NCBI GenBank assembly: GCA_002685535.1
Contig: NYXK01000186.1
Coordinates: 2,027-66,026 of the forward strand
Direction: 5' to 3'
DNA from: Deltaproteobacteria bacterium
GTDB taxonomy: Bacteria; SAR324; NAC60-12
Length of the DNA stretch: 64,000 nucleotides
Both the position numbers and the translations under genes were made by a program. Shown one piece after another: positions 1 through 13,239 of the stretch. The notes beneath the pieces are model-generated. The model did not search any database. It worked only from the letters and a program-made list of their open reading frames with translations, and was not told the DNA's origin. The stretch's first letter is position 1. Each line of letters opens with the position of its first letter.

Positions 1-3000
1 TGAGACCCCGAAGGTACAATTCTGCCTATCAAAATGTGTCTTTCGATCAATGGACACGAGCTCGGAGGCGCAATGGCAATCACCTTCTCGTTTCGTGTTG
101 ATGGCGTCGGATGAGAACTCTTGGGATGCATGTGTAGATACTGAGATCATGCGCATATAGCCTGTTGCAGAGGAAATCCATTTTCTAACCGCGGCCTGAT
201 AACGACTGGGGGTGTGGAATGTAGAAAGATAAGAAGAATACCAAAAACTGGAGATATAATTGCGTTTATGGGTAAATGGCAACGGAGAACTTAGACCTGG
301 CCAGCGTCTTGGCTATGAGAGCGCCCGAAAGCTTGTGAATAAAAGACATTGTACACCTACGCTAGGAGAGAAAATGCGGATGAGAGAGAAGCCTTTAGCC
401 ACTGACAAATCAGAATGCTTAGCTCAAGCTGGGAATCGAGTCTGTACGCCGTGAAGCACTTGCTCTCCCAGATGACGGATTTTGGCGAAAATTCAAGGAC
501 GAAAACTTTACAGCCCACTTTCCCATCGAACTGCAAGAAATAAGACAAATGTGACTTGCCATCTCGGTCACCAACGGCCAAGAATATAGAATCAACTCAA
601 AACCGCTCCTCTTATCTGTCGAGCGGAGTTTCGCCCAGGCTTGCCCAGACAAACTAAGATAATGAAGCACCACGAAGCAAAACGCCACCATTCACACGCT
701 CAAGAATCCAGCAGGGCGAGAGCTTCCATTGGCTGCTTGTGCATAGTGGCGCGTCTAGGATAGTAAAGAACGCCATATGATAAAAGCATCGTCTCTGAAC
801 GCCATCGCGCTCATTCTGAGAAGCCATCTGGGTATTTGCCGAAGCTCATAACTCAAACATGAACGACAACGGAATGAGCTCTTTGCTGTACGTCCCGATT
901 CAATTGCCGGATAAAGGTGAAAGCAGATAGACGAGAGTTCCAGAGTATGTTGAAAATGGGGTACCCCGCCCCACGGAGAACTGTTATCGTAGACCTTGCT
1001 TCCCCGAACATCTTGGCGCTGCTTTCTACAGCATTGGCAGCCATAAACAGAAGGTGGTCATGGCGGAAAGGGAGAAAGCATCGTGAGCTTGACTTTCTAG
1101 GACCACTGGCCACGCAGTCGGAATACCCGTGGACTGGATCTTTCAAGTCCCTTGAAAAATGGAAAAAGCGCTGACAGATAAGGAGAGCTCACAATTTGCA
1201 TGGCCATATCCAAATGAGGACTCGAGCTCGGCCACTGAGGATGACGAATATCTGACAGCCCTGGGATATAAAGCTCTACAGATAAGGGTGTCTGTCTTTG
1301 TATGGCCATGTCGGGTTGCTTCCATGCTGGCGTCGGCCGACTGGCATCCAAGGAACATTTCCATTCGTTTCGCTTGAGAAGCCGCTCGACGCTCGTACAA
1401 AATCTCATAAATGGCTCTGTTCAAATCATGTATCTTGGTAAGGTTGATCCGGCCATCGCGGACTATAAGAGATATGCCTCTATGAGTCCTCGAGCCACTC
1501 GCGACTCGTCCACTCTCCCTGGTCTTATCCACGATATCTCCAGGGTCGATAGTATCCTGGACGAAGATGCAGATTTATGAATGCGGCAGGTGTTGTAGAA
1601 GCTCTCCCACTCAAGGCTATGGACTAATTCTCGATGAATGTTCTGGTCCACGATTGTTGACCCTGCTGGAGTAGATCCTTGCTTCAAAGACATTCCGATG
1701 AGATCCGAAAGAGTGGGATTGAAATTTGGTTTCCTCAAATTCCACATCTGACAGGGTCACTGCTCATATCGATGTATGGTCGAACATGTCTTCCATTCTC
1801 TTATCCAGCTCCATCTATATGAGATGTTTGTCAGCCATTCATCGAACTTCAGGAGTCTCACTTACGAATTCCTATCACAAGCTGACTTTTCAAAGGGCCC
1901 TCCCTCGCCAAGGGCACCCATCCGTCCATTGAACTGCCCAGCTCAAACCCAGCATCCCAGATGATGCATCGAAAATACTCTCGAGGCCTGTCAATGAAAA
2001 GGAGAGTTCTTCACAAATGATTAAGGAACGTGGAATGTCGAACGACGTTGTAGTCGGGAGCGAAAATTTGCGGTTCGGGACGACGGGATCGGGTTGCAGT
2101 TTTAGTTCGAGGTAGCCTGAAGGAGCCAGGCCCGAAGCACTGAGATGGGAATAACGTGCCGCTTCAGAGGGCACTGGTCAACACCAAAGATCAAACCACG
2201 TCACAGCCTCATCTTCTATCAATCGCTCATTTAGACTTCAACTGAAGAGGTCTCTTTTGAAAGAGGACTTCTAAGGAAAGAAGAGGCTGAAACCTTTGTC
2301 GTCCTTTGCGAGGCTTTCGTTGGTTAGTATCAACGGCTTCGCGAGCCAGCCATCAGCCTAGTGGCGTTGAAGAGGCTCAGCAAAGAGAATGGAAATGAAG
2401 ATCGAAGGGGGCGTCGAAGGAGAAGAAGAATTTAAAGGTGGCAGCACTTATGTTGTTTCTTGAATGCCCTTTCTATCGAGTCATCTGCCGTTCCTCCAAC
2501 ATTTCATACCGATGCTTGAAGAATAAGCTCGGTCAAGCTTTCGCCCGCCACTTCTTAGAACGTCGCATTCGTGTTTTCTTGAGGACTAGCTTATATTGTC
2601 AAGTACGACAGTATTCCGAGGATCGACATATTTCAATTGGAGTAGAAAGATATTACTTCGTTCTCCTTGGTGGCAGGATAAAGAAACAATGGTCATTTTG
2701 ATCGTCTTCGATGTTCTTTGCTGGTTTTTTTGCTGGAATAAAGTATTGGATAAAAGGAAAAGGCACAGAAGAACCATAGCCAACGACCTGGTAAAATCTG
2801 GAGAAAGAAATCACTTTCGATATTTCTATCTCTCAGTAGTCACATTCCGGGAAGCACCCTATCTTCGCATACCTATGCGAATGTTCGCGTTGTATACGCG
2901 GATCGGATTCAGCTGCTGCCTTCGCATGTAACCAAAAAGGGACCCTCTTTGAGGCGGTCCATCACAGTTGTAGAGCTGTATAATCTTGACCACTGCTACT

Positions 3001-6000
3001 CTCATTAGGCGACCACAAGCTTTCTGTAATAGGCTGACAAATCGTCAGCCTCGTCGCCTCGTGGCCCGGTTAAGATGGTACCCAGGACATCACAACATGT
3101 CCCTTTCTGGTTTTGAGAGCTCCTAGACTCAAGCAGTTTGTGTACATATCCTCTTCATGAAAATTCGCGAGCTTCATTCCATGCTTCTACAGCTCTACCA
3201 GTCCTTCTACAGTCTTCATGAATAAGAAGTCGTAAGCTCGCGGAGCTCTCAAAGCTTCCCCTCGCTTACCCCTCTTAGATAGAATTCGCCACTTCCCCAA
3301 CTTCCCCAAACCACAACGCATAACTCTCTTGCCCAAAACTCTTCAGATTCTCTCACCGGTCTCTCAGCTAGTAAGGCCTTCACTCGCCACAATTTCCAGC
3401 CCTATCGCCTCATTCCCTCTTCTTTTGTTGCACATCGCAGCTGCCAGTGGCAAATCCACAGATCCTACAAACGGCGCAGCTGCACCTGGTGCAGCAGCCA
3501 CGTCTTAGCTGCATAAGCTCCCCCCTGCGGGTTTTGGGGCCTAGACTCCTGACTTGAGTTGTGTGGAGGTGTAGGGCGGATAGCGCTGGACAACATGGGA
3601 GTTGTGTGGGTGTTTGTGATAGTTGTCTATGAGAGTGAGTCTTGAAGTCGGAGATTGGTATTTACCGCGACGAGACCAGAATGGTAGTGCTCTCCAAAAC
3701 CGTGGCTTTTGAAAAGGACTGGGGGTGGAGGTTCCCACAGAGGGGCGGACAACAGGTTCCTTAAGCACCGCAGCGGAAGCAAGCTGTTGGTCCAGAATTT
3801 CGACTTCAACAGCTGCAGAAAGACAAGTACGCTTAGAGAGAAAGAGGACAGCCAAACCCGAACACGTCTTGAAGATGACAGATATGAAGCCAATGTAAAT
3901 TTTCAGCATAGAAATGTTCATGCAGAGGCAAGGAAAGTCCGCGGACAAGAAGGCCACCGACACTTCTATGGTGGCACCATAACAGACTTGCAGTGGCTAC
4001 CTACTGCCTCAGACTATCCTTCAATCCAGGAAAGCAAGTCAGTAGACGTAAGTACAGTAGATCTCTCTCATCAATAAGATCAATATACGAAGTTGTCGAA
4101 ATTAGGCGTCTCGAGAGGATATTACGAAACCTTTCTACCTTACCGCTGATGGAAACGACATCGTCTGCAAAGCCTACTTTGAAAAGGCTTTTGAAAAGGC
4201 CCAGTCGGCTTTCTTCCATCGTGAAGCGCGTCTCCTTCCCCTCAGACCCCATTCTTGGGTAAATGCGATGAGACGTGGAATCTGACATCAGATCAGCAAG
4301 GAAATTGTGTTTCTGCATGTATGCAACATGCTATCTCGAAATTGGAGGTCTGATCGCTTGCTGACATGATATGAGATGGTTCGATTTATGATTCGCTCCT
4401 TGATGAAAGGCATGGAAGGTGGAGGGGTAAAGAAAATGGGTAATGTATGGCCACTTCTTGTAGCTTCGACCCCGAGAGGCGACAACAAAAGGATCTTGGA
4501 ACAAGCAAAAAGAAAGTCAGAGTCTGAAAGAAGAGCAGAAGTAGCCAATCTCCGCCATGAAGTCTCAGTCATAATTCCATCTTGGAACAGAATTGCCCCT
4601 GGAACTCTATTTTCTAGTAGGGGTCATTTCAGCATTTGGGCGGGAGATGTCTCCGAGGTGGACCTGTAAGCTACTGGTAGTTGCTATATGGTCTGGAAAG
4701 TAAAAAAGAGAACTTGAGGAGAGGGAAAGACGTCTCCAAAGGTTTTCAAATAGGGGCAGATTACACGTGCTCTTTCAATCGATAGCCTAGGTACTCATCC
4801 CAATTACGGAATAGATCTTGCCGTAGGGCCCGTAGGGCAGACAAGCCAGCCAGGTGCGCGCCCGGCCGGCGCAATCGCTACGAAAGGGTCCTTCCGTTAT
4901 CAACACTAACACGAGGGCAACACCGACGCCAACGCCAACGGGATGGGGAAGAGCCCGCACGCACTGACTTTCGGTGCCTGGCTGGGCTGTTCCTGTGCCA
5001 CTGGCTCGGGATACCGAGGTCTGTGAGGTGCGCTGATCTTGAACGTTTCGTTTTGGCGTGATATATTGAATTGAAATGTTCCTAAGACTTTTGCTTTGCT
5101 TTTATTAATATTGATGTTTGGTTCAATTGAGTTGAGACTTTCACGGATATCTCGGTATGCTAATCTGATATTTGAAGGGCCAGCCAGAGAAGAGCCGACG
5201 GGCCTGTCTCCTCCGCATTCGCTCCCTACCGAATCTGTACATAGGTACAGCAGAATGAAATTGTACTTTCATGCTCGCTGCACAAGAGGCGTTTTCTAGG
5301 CCGTTCGTTTGAGGTTTGGCACAATTGGCAGACCTTGGGATGGTGGATCATTTCGAGTAAGCTGCAGCCAGAGTGAGCGAATGCGACTTTATGCCGTGAT
5401 GAGCCTAGCTAGTCCTGGACCTTGCGGACCTTGCAGGTTGACCTGCAGATGTTGTGTTGGCGGGAAGGAGAAACGGCAGGTACGGCAGGAAGATAAAGGA
5501 GAGGGGAAATAAATAGAGAGAGGATAGATGGTGATGACTTCTGTTGGTAGAAGATTGATAAGGAGAGAGAGGCGATGACGGCTGGGCTTGAAATGAGGCT
5601 TGCTTGACGAATGTGCAAAGTTTCAAACTTTCGATCAGACAGAGAAATCAAGATGTTCCCTGAAGGTCTAGATTTTGTGAACGGTCTTGTTAACAATTGT
5701 TTCCGAAAGCAATGCCACAGGTAGATAGATAAAGCGCAGTTTATACTTTGATGGGCTCGAAGTCCGAAGCTGACGGAGAGGAACGGCATGGAGCGAACCG
5801 AAATCAGGTTATCAGATTGAACCTCGGAGACGAGGGAAAAGAGGCTTGAAGCTACTGAAGCTACTCTATCTACCGGCCGCTATTCAAAACGTTGGACTCG
5901 TTTCTCCTCGAAGCTTATTAGAGAATTAACTTTTGAGGACCCCGGAAATGGAAAGTCGTCGTCGTTTCTCGAATGCGGAGAAGAGAAGCGAGGAAGGAAG

Positions 6001-7958
6001 GTGGTTGTGATGTTTCGTACTTGTACCTGGAAGAGCACATATACCTTCCCTTTCAAGTGTTGATGCATCAATTCCGGGTTTGATCCTTGGATAGACAGGC
6101 ACAAGAACATTATGGGTGTGTGGATTTGTGGAACCAGATGAGATGCGATGCCAGGTGGATGCACAGACAAAAGGACCCTGGGAGATGATGGCCCTGCTAG
6201 GAACGGAACACAAGATCCAGATCCATACCTGGTAATTAATATTAATATCGCCGTATCTTTGTGTCTCTCGCGTACGTGTGCACTGTTGTAAGGCCATGTG
6301 GAAAGCATGGTTTGTTGTTTGCATGAACTGGTCCTAGCCAGGCCTGTGTCTGTTAATCAAACAACCCGTACCGCGATGATGCTCCTTTCTTGAACGCAAT
6401 TCAGGACTCGCGGCACCAAAGTAGAACAAGCACATGTCGGCCGATGAGTAAAAACGATATCATACGTCCAGTCTGCACCCATATCCTTATCTCTCGTCGC
6501 CATGCCATGCCATGCTTCTTGGTGGTAAGCGAATCCACTTGTATTGGAGCTTCACTTTATCCCCTGTCCCCTTGAAGCCGCTCGCTACGCTACTGCACAT
6601 CCGGGTTGCTTGCCGGGGTGGCTTAGGGTTGGAGTGAGACGACTGAGACTCTGGTCAGAAATGACCCCCAACTTTATCCTGAAGTCCAAACCGCATCAGG
6701 CGAAGTGAAGGCGTTGATATCGACTCTGAAGAAATGGGCGTGGGAGGTCTTGAATGCATTTTGGTTCCGTTGTATCTGTTCTCTTCGGCTCTAGCTTGTG
6801 TCGTTCTGTCCTGCTGGCAGTACCGTCAGGTTGGTATCGGATCAGCGGTGTTCGGTGATGCAGTAGCACTGGTGGCATGCTGGGTGTTGTGCTAGGCTGC
6901 AGAGAGCGGAGCGGAGGACAGCATAGGCTGGACTGGAGTGACAGCGGATCTCGACAGCGGCGGCAATGAGGTCTCGATGGCTGGAATTGAACTGGCCTGG
7001 CCCACCAGACAGGGCTCTCCAGCGAATAAATGCTTACTTCCCGGCCTTGATCACCGAGTCTGTCGCAAAGACTCCACCAATATCGCGGATCTGCCAATCC
7101 TATTATAGCCTGGTCCCTGTACTGGATACTTTACTTTGCTTTCACAGGCTGACTGCTGCTGCTTGCAGCACCGAAGACCGCGTGGGAAAATGCCCTGGCC
7201 TGTCCTGTCCCTTGTTCTGTTCTTCCCCATGAAAGTATCTTCTCCAGTCGGACCCAACCCAACCCTCTTCCACTCTTTCTTGTGTACGGACTTCTCTTCT
7301 TTAGAAACCGCCTGCACTTGACGGCTACCTAATATCAGAAAAACGACAATTAATAATTCCCTAATTCGCTCACTTTAAAAAGCAATTCTTGCCCTTCCTC
7401 ACTCGCTCTAGCTCAGCCGTCTCTTGGCCTAGAACTAATCCTCACCCCTCCATTTCATCCCCATCCCGCAAATACGATACGTCTTCTTTTCCACCGCCAA
7501 AACCGTTACAACCACAATTTGCTTGGCATAAGCAGTACATCTCCCCTATTTGCTTGAGGTTTGTAAATTTACTCATCTAAACATTGTTTGCTGTTACTAT
7601 TGTGGCTCGAGGAAACGTCGGCTAACTCTCGTTCTGGCTCGAAGCTGAACTCGTATCAACACAGCCTCGTCAAGAAAACCACAGCCCTACGACTCGAGTC
7701 TGCCCCACGGTCGTTCCTAACCACGTCAAACCACCTTTCAACGACTGCGATCGAGATCTCTTCTTTTGAAAACAATTAGCAGACCACTGGGCACTGGTTT
7801 TGCTTCTGTCTGCCTCCAAACAACTGTTATTACTTCCGGCGCACTTGAACTATCAAGTTCTCCGAGGGTCTTGCTTCTAGATCGACATTATCACCCTTCG
7901 AGCCGCACCTTCCCTACAACACATGTCCGATCTCTAAGGTCGCCAACACTCCACCAAG

Positions 7959-10580
7959 ATGTCTGGCAGGAGCGCATATGTGCGCAAGGAGAAGACAAAA
8001 ATTAAGACGGAGCGGGACACAGGCGGTGCAGTGAGTAACGATGGAGAGTCCGACAAACAACCCTCCGACAAGGCTCTGTCAATTGGCGACTTTCCTATGC
8101 CACAAGGCCGCCAGCCTCAGTACATGGTGGACGTTCCCTACAGAAGCCAGAACAATGAGATCTCTACAATCAGAACAAATGTTTCCGGTGGCTCGGACGA
8201 CCTTGCATATGCGCGTGTCCGCAAGCCGCAGGTTCCCGTCATTGATGTATCCGGCATTGAGAAGTCGTCATTCAGGACTAAGATGGACAAGCAAAGTGAG
8301 AAAATTCGAGGAGTTCTGACTTTTGGAGGCAAGAAGAAAAAGAAGACTGAAGAGCACCAAAATGATTACAGACCGACTACTGCTGCGACTTATCGTCATG
8401 ATGTTTCTGAGCTGGAGACGGGCGAATACATCCCTCCTGCAGTCCCTCGAAACAGAACACAGCAGTTTGGTGAGCCAGATTTCATGCGCCCTGCCCCACC
8501 AAATGGCAAGCTTCCTGCAATTCCTCAAGGACCACAATTAAAGCGATGGATGGGTAATGGAAGACCTCCGATGCCATGGAACAAGCTTCGAAAGGATCCA
8601 GAGCTTTGGGACCCCAATGGAGATACCCTCATCTTCTTTGGCCACGACACCCATCATGCCTCGAGACCACCACCTTCGTTCAGATTGTCCTCCCATGTTA
8701 TCGAGCAGACCGAGTCCAGATTCCTCATTACTTTACTCCGCGAGGGATCAATTGACGAGGGAAGCAATTTCAGCATGCCACCTTCTCCAATCAGCTCTCC
8801 TGGTATGCGAGCCCCTCATATGGCTCAAGGAGGCCGGCAACGTCACCCAACACCTCCAACATCAGAAGGCAGTATCTCTGGTGGATTTGATGGTCAAATA
8901 TCCTACGAAATCTACTTCCCAGCTCCAATGAATCAGTCCAAGACTGAAACAATTCGCCATCAGGTCACCACTCGAAATGTGTTCGCTCTACTGTATCAAA
9001 CCTCATTAGTTGGTCTGAATCTCTACCAGGCTCTGAGCGATCTACATGATCGTCTTGAGGTCTATATGCCAGATGAGATTGATGCAGCTGGTATGATTAT
9101 TGATTACATTGTTAACAAGGGAATTGATGATGTACGAGAGAACCCATCTGCTGCAGCTGCGCTGCTGGCGTGGAGTGAGAGTTCTTCTGTTCGATGGGAG
9201 GAAGGATGGAAGGAGGCATATGTTCACAGCGCGGGGATGTATCACCGTCTCGAGAGTGCTCCTGATTTCCGCTATGTCACACCGATCACCAGAGCACTTC
9301 TGGAGCGGGCTAGCTTAGAGGTTCAAGTCCGGATCAACAACTGCGAAAATCGCTTCGTCGACTTCGACTTTGGAGATATGTGGCCAATGATGAGTTCTCA
9401 GCCTCCACCTGCTCGAGCTGCCTTTGAGCGCCTGCGGAAGTTCTTCTTACTGCATTACCAGAGCACTTACGAGTCCTGGCCACCACGTCAACCCGAGGGA
9501 CACGAACAATGGCTCACTAGAGGTCTAGCACAGAAGTTGCAGAAGGATTTCGGATCGCTCTACGACTACTTGGTCAATCGAGAAGTTGCTTGGGATTGCT
9601 CAGAGGAAAGAAGTGGTCGAAAGTGGAATATCATGCATCCTACCAACAGAGGTTTTGAGGCTGATTCCCAAGACCTGCCTTTTACGGATATTCTCGTCGC
9701 CTTTGACAACCGTCACAAATTTCCACACATTCCACATCCATACCCACTAGTCCCAGAATCCCAGCCAGTACGAAACGAGTCGAAGGAGAACCTGTTCAAG
9801 TCGAACAAGAAGTCAAATAAGCCTGCTGAGGATAAGATGGCTGAGCGGAAGGCAGCTTTGGCATATACTGAATCAACCAACATCTACCTACTTGGGTCCG
9901 ACTTTGTCAACAACGATCTGGTTGATGCTTTTGTTAGATTTGAGAAGGGAGATCGAGCGGGTGATGTCGATCCATACGCAGCTCGTCGTGGTAGATGGGT
10001 CCTGATCTACGGAATCCTACAAACTCTGGCTTCGGTGTCCGTAGATACTCCCAATCTTCGTTACACGACGGAAGTCTCGTACCACCTGAATCCCCGTCTC
10101 CGAGGTACACCGCCATGGAAGGGAGCGAACCAGAACGTTCAAGAGGCAAGCCACGTCGGTTCCCACTGCTGGACTGTCCGTGATACATGGCAACCCGAGG
10201 CACCAGTCATGATTTCCCGCCGAGGTCAACACTCCCAATCAGTCCGCTCTTCAGCCCCATCCGCAGCATCCAGCGACGCTGGCTCCTCTACCATGCGGTC
10301 CCCAACCCTTCTCAATGCCAGTATCTCTACCAAATCCTCTGGACGCCGTAACAACACCCGCAAGGAGCCAGACGGTATCAGCTACAGCGGCTACGCACCA
10401 GGCATCGAGAAGCTAGACGAATGGCCAATCCGCGAAGAGAGCAGAGAGTATAGGGAGAGAGACGAGCGTCGGGAGTACGGCCACCGCGTTGGTCCGAAGA
10501 ATGACTATGTCATTCCGCCACAGAAGGGTGGTTACACGATCAAGGATTTCGATGAATATAGCTTCGGAGACCGTATTTGA
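7959..10580 (+). CDS. Conserved fungal protein of unknown function (873 aa, single exon)
   Basis: Uninterrupted 2,622-nt ORF starting at a true ATG (7959). Low-complexity Ser/Pro/basic N- and C-terminal parts flank an ordered-looking central region (e.g. RHQVTTRNVFALLYQTSLVGLNLYQALSDLHDRLEVYMPDEIDAAGMIIDYIV). I do not recognise a named domain. Confidence 0.75.
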   Translation: MSGRSAYVRKEKTKIKTERDTGGAVSNDGESDKQPSDKALSIGDFPMPQGRQPQYMVDVPYRSQNNEISTIRTNVSGGSDDLAYARVRKPQVPVIDVSGIEKSSFRTKMDKQSEKIRGVLTFGGKKKKKTEEHQNDYRPTTAATYRHDVSELETGEYIPPAVPRNRTQQFGEPDFMRPAPPNGKLPAIPQGPQLKRWMGNGRPPMPWNKLRKDPELWDPNGDTLIFFGHDTHHASRPPPSFRLSSHVIEQTESRFLITLLREGSIDEGSNFSMPPSPISSPGMRAPHMAQGGRQRHPTPPTSEGSISGGFDGQISYEIYFPAPMNQSKTETIRHQVTTRNVFALLYQTSLVGLNLYQALSDLHDRLEVYMPDEIDAAGMIIDYIVNKGIDDVRENPSAAAALLAWSESSSVRWEEGWKEAYVHSAGMYHRLESAPDFRYVTPITRALLERASLEVQVRINNCENRFVDFDFGDMWPMMSSQPPPARAAFERLRKFFLLHYQSTYESWPPRQPEGHEQWLTRGLAQKLQKDFGSLYDYLVNREVAWDCSEERSGRKWNIMHPTNRGFEADSQDLPFTDILVAFDNRHKFPHIPHPYPLVPESQPVRNESKENLFKSNKKSNKPAEDKMAERKAALAYTESTNIYLLGSDFVNNDLVDAFVRFEKGDRAGDVDPYAARRGRWVLIYGILQTLASVSVDTPNLRYTTEVSYHLNPRLRGTPPWKGANQNVQEASHVGSHCWTVRDTWQPEAPVMISRRGQHSQSVRSSAPSAASSDAGSSTMRSPTLLNASISTKSSGRRNNTRKEPDGISYSGYAPGIEKLDEWPIREESREYRERDERREYGHRVGPKNDYVIPPQKGGYTIKDFDEYSFGDRI

Positions 10581-11074
10581 TTGTATGTTTGTTATACTGT
10601 TTCACGATATTTTCGGTTCGATACCCATTCGGTTTGCTTTTTATCTTCCGGTTCTGTACTGCCGAGGGTGGTGCTTATGATTGATTGATTGATGGTTGCG
10701 CATATTGCATGCAGGGTTCATATGGGAGGAATTACAAGCATGCGAGGTTTACATGGAGGGTAATTGGAGGTACATATTTGATGAGTGGGGGAAATGAATA
10801 CTGCTGTGACGGATTTCAATGGCTACCACAGCCTGGGTCTCCCTTTCTTTCTGTTCAGGATCGTCGTCTCCTCTGCTAAGGTTCATTTCCTAAGCTGGAT
10901 GGAGTCGGCTTGGGGTCTTCTACTTGTTCATTTTTCTCACGGCATAGACAGTCAGTCCAGCGATCGAACAAGCGTGCGAGCAATTGAAGGTGCATAGGCA
11001 TAGCTTTTCTGTACCAGTCGTTGAGGCAGGGCAAGGAAAGGCATTACATGATGAGCGTGGCGCATGCATGTAGT

Positions 11075-11106
11075 GAGCGAGCGAGTGAGCGAGCGAGCGA
11101 GCGAGC
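11075..11106. repeat. (GAGC)n microsatellite with one interruption
   Basis: Direct reading: gagcgagcgagtgagcgagcgagcgagcgagc, in the intergenic region upstream of DPH2. Confidence 0.9.
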
Positions 11107-11445
11107 ACTTTTTACTAGGTTATTAAAAGGCCCTGGGACTTAATGAAAAAGATTTGTGAGCGACTCTGAGAGCTTCACACTACCGTGATTTCCTTCAACT
11201 AACGCTTTATTGACGAGGAGAGAAAGGGCCCAGACGAGCTTCAATCACTCTGACGAATCACAGCCCTCACAAAAAGAAGCACTTCACCGCCTTGGCAGAA
11301 AAAAGATTACCCCTCCATGGCCAACCTCGAATTCGAATTTGATGATTGCCTCTCTTCTCCATGCTCCTGGATCTTTTGACACAAAAGCACCTGTATTCCA
11401 TGACATCCTAATAACCATCTCGCACTGTATAAATCCTACTACACC

Positions 11446-13239
11446 ATGACTTCCGCACCAACGCAGGCGCCCGTCCTCTCCACCCCCGAATCGCACATCT
11501 TCGAAGACCCCACACCCGCCTCGTTCTCCACCTCGTCCTTCACACAAACATACAATGAAGAAGAATTTAGACACGTTTTCGAGATTGAGAGAACGGTGAG
11601 GGAGGTCAAGCGGGGTGGATATAGAAGGGTTGCGCTGCAATTCCCCGATGGGATGCTAGGTGTCGCTGGGAGGGTCGTGGGAGAGCTGGAGAGGGGGTGC
11701 GAAAGGTGGAAGGAAGAGGATGGTGATGATAGGGAGGACAACGAAGAGAGTGGAAAGACAGAAGGACTGGAAACTGACTTCAATGCCTTGTCGACTTCAG
11801 AAGCTAAAGACTCGAAAATTGTAACGGCGAACGGCAACGCTTCACAACCAAGAGAAGGGAAGAGGGAGAGAATACGCTTCTATATCCTGGCAGACACGTC
11901 CTATGGCTCCTGTTGCGTTGACGAAATAGCAGCCGAGCATGTCGCTGCCGATGCGGTCATCCATTACGGCCGGTCATGCCTCTCACCCACGACTCGCCTC
12001 CCGGTGATCTATATCTACACATCTCAAACTCTCTCGCTCCCACTCGCCATATCCTCTTTCATACAAACGTTTCCGGATCGAGAAGAGAAGGTCTTGTTGA
12101 TGGCAGACATTACATTTCAGATACACATCCCGAAAATAGTAGCGGCGCTAAGGGAGGAAGGGTATACGAACCTCGCTGCACCGGAAGTAGTCAGGGATCC
12201 AGCGAGCGTGGTGCCAAATCGATTAGTCGAGGAGACTGTCAGGGAGAACTTGAGCGAGTATAAACTCTGGCATGTATCAGAGCCGCCGAAAGCGCTTCTC
12301 TTGACTCTTGCGAGTCGAGTGAAGGAGATGTACATCTACCCTACGCATGGTTCACAAACCTCTACCACAACAGACGGACCAACTCCTCAAGCCGTCCTCG
12401 CAAATACCTCTATGCTCCTCCGTCGCCGCTATGCTCTCCTAACAACCCTTTCCACAGCCCCCATCCTCGGTATTCTCATCAACACTCTCTCGGTGTCGGA
12501 TCATCTCTCTGCACTCTCCTCTCTCCGCGAGCTCATCGCCCGCGCAGGCAAGAAAAGCTATACTTTCGTCGTGGGCAAAGTAAATGCAGCTAAGCTTGCG
12601 AACTTCAGCGAGATTGGCGGGTGGGTGGTGGTCGGATGCTGGGAGAGCAGCCTGATTGAGGGTGGCGAGTTCTATAAGGGTGTAGTGACGCCCTTCGAAC
12701 TTGGTGTTGCGTTAGCTGGGCAGGGACGGGGATGGGATGGGAGTTGGAGGGGTGATTTTGGAGGTTTGCCCGATCCGTCTAGCATGAAAGAGGATTCTGA
12801 GAAAGATAGTCTGGAAGAGGCAGAAATGAATGGAGACGGCGCCAATGGAGAGCAACAAGGTGGCGTTGATGATGATTCTGAATCAGAGTCAGAACCACCA
12901 GTTTACGATCTCCGCACTGGACGCTATATCTCAAATTCGCGGCCAATGCGCACTTCTACCACTGCCAGTTCTCATCCACCATCCTCAGCTTCCAATCAAG
13001 ACTCCAATAGTCCCACAGCCCAGCCAGAGAAGTCCAGATCCCTGATTAAAAGGGCACAGGGCGATCTAGCAACCATCAACGGTACGCTCAGTCCCGGCGC
13101 CGAATACCTCCGCACGCAACGGACGTGGACGGGTTTGGGAAGTGACTTTGCGGAGACGGAGGCACCGGATACGATTGAAGAGGGGAGAAGTGGTGTCGCG
13201 AGGGGGTATGTCGTTGGTGAGGATGGGGAGAGGAGGTGA
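11446..13239 (+). CDS. DPH2: Diphthamide biosynthesis protein 2 (2-(3-amino-3-carboxypropyl)histidine synthase subunit 2)
   Basis: Single 597-aa ORF from a true ATG. It carries the DPH2 signature blocks YRRVALQFPDGML and ILADTSYGSCCVDEIAAEHVAADAVIHYGRSCLS (compare yeast Dph2 LADTAYSACCVDEVAAEH). The acidic/low-complexity C-terminal tail is typical of fungal orthologues. Confidence 0.9.
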   Translation: MTSAPTQAPVLSTPESHIFEDPTPASFSTSSFTQTYNEEEFRHVFEIERTVREVKRGGYRRVALQFPDGMLGVAGRVVGELERGCERWKEEDGDDREDNEESGKTEGLETDFNALSTSEAKDSKIVTANGNASQPREGKRERIRFYILADTSYGSCCVDEIAAEHVAADAVIHYGRSCLSPTTRLPVIYIYTSQTLSLPLAISSFIQTFPDREEKVLLMADITFQIHIPKIVAALREEGYTNLAAPEVVRDPASVVPNRLVEETVRENLSEYKLWHVSEPPKALLLTLASRVKEMYIYPTHGSQTSTTTDGPTPQAVLANTSMLLRRRYALLTTLSTAPILGILINTLSVSDHLSALSSLRELIARAGKKSYTFVVGKVNAAKLANFSEIGGWVVVGCWESSLIEGGEFYKGVVTPFELGVALAGQGRGWDGSWRGDFGGLPDPSSMKEDSEKDSLEEAEMNGDGANGEQQGGVDDDSESESEPPVYDLRTGRYISNSRPMRTSTTASSHPPSSASNQDSNSPTAQPEKSRSLIKRAQGDLATINGTLSPGAEYLRTQRTWTGLGSDFAETEAPDTIEEGRSGVARGYVVGEDGERR

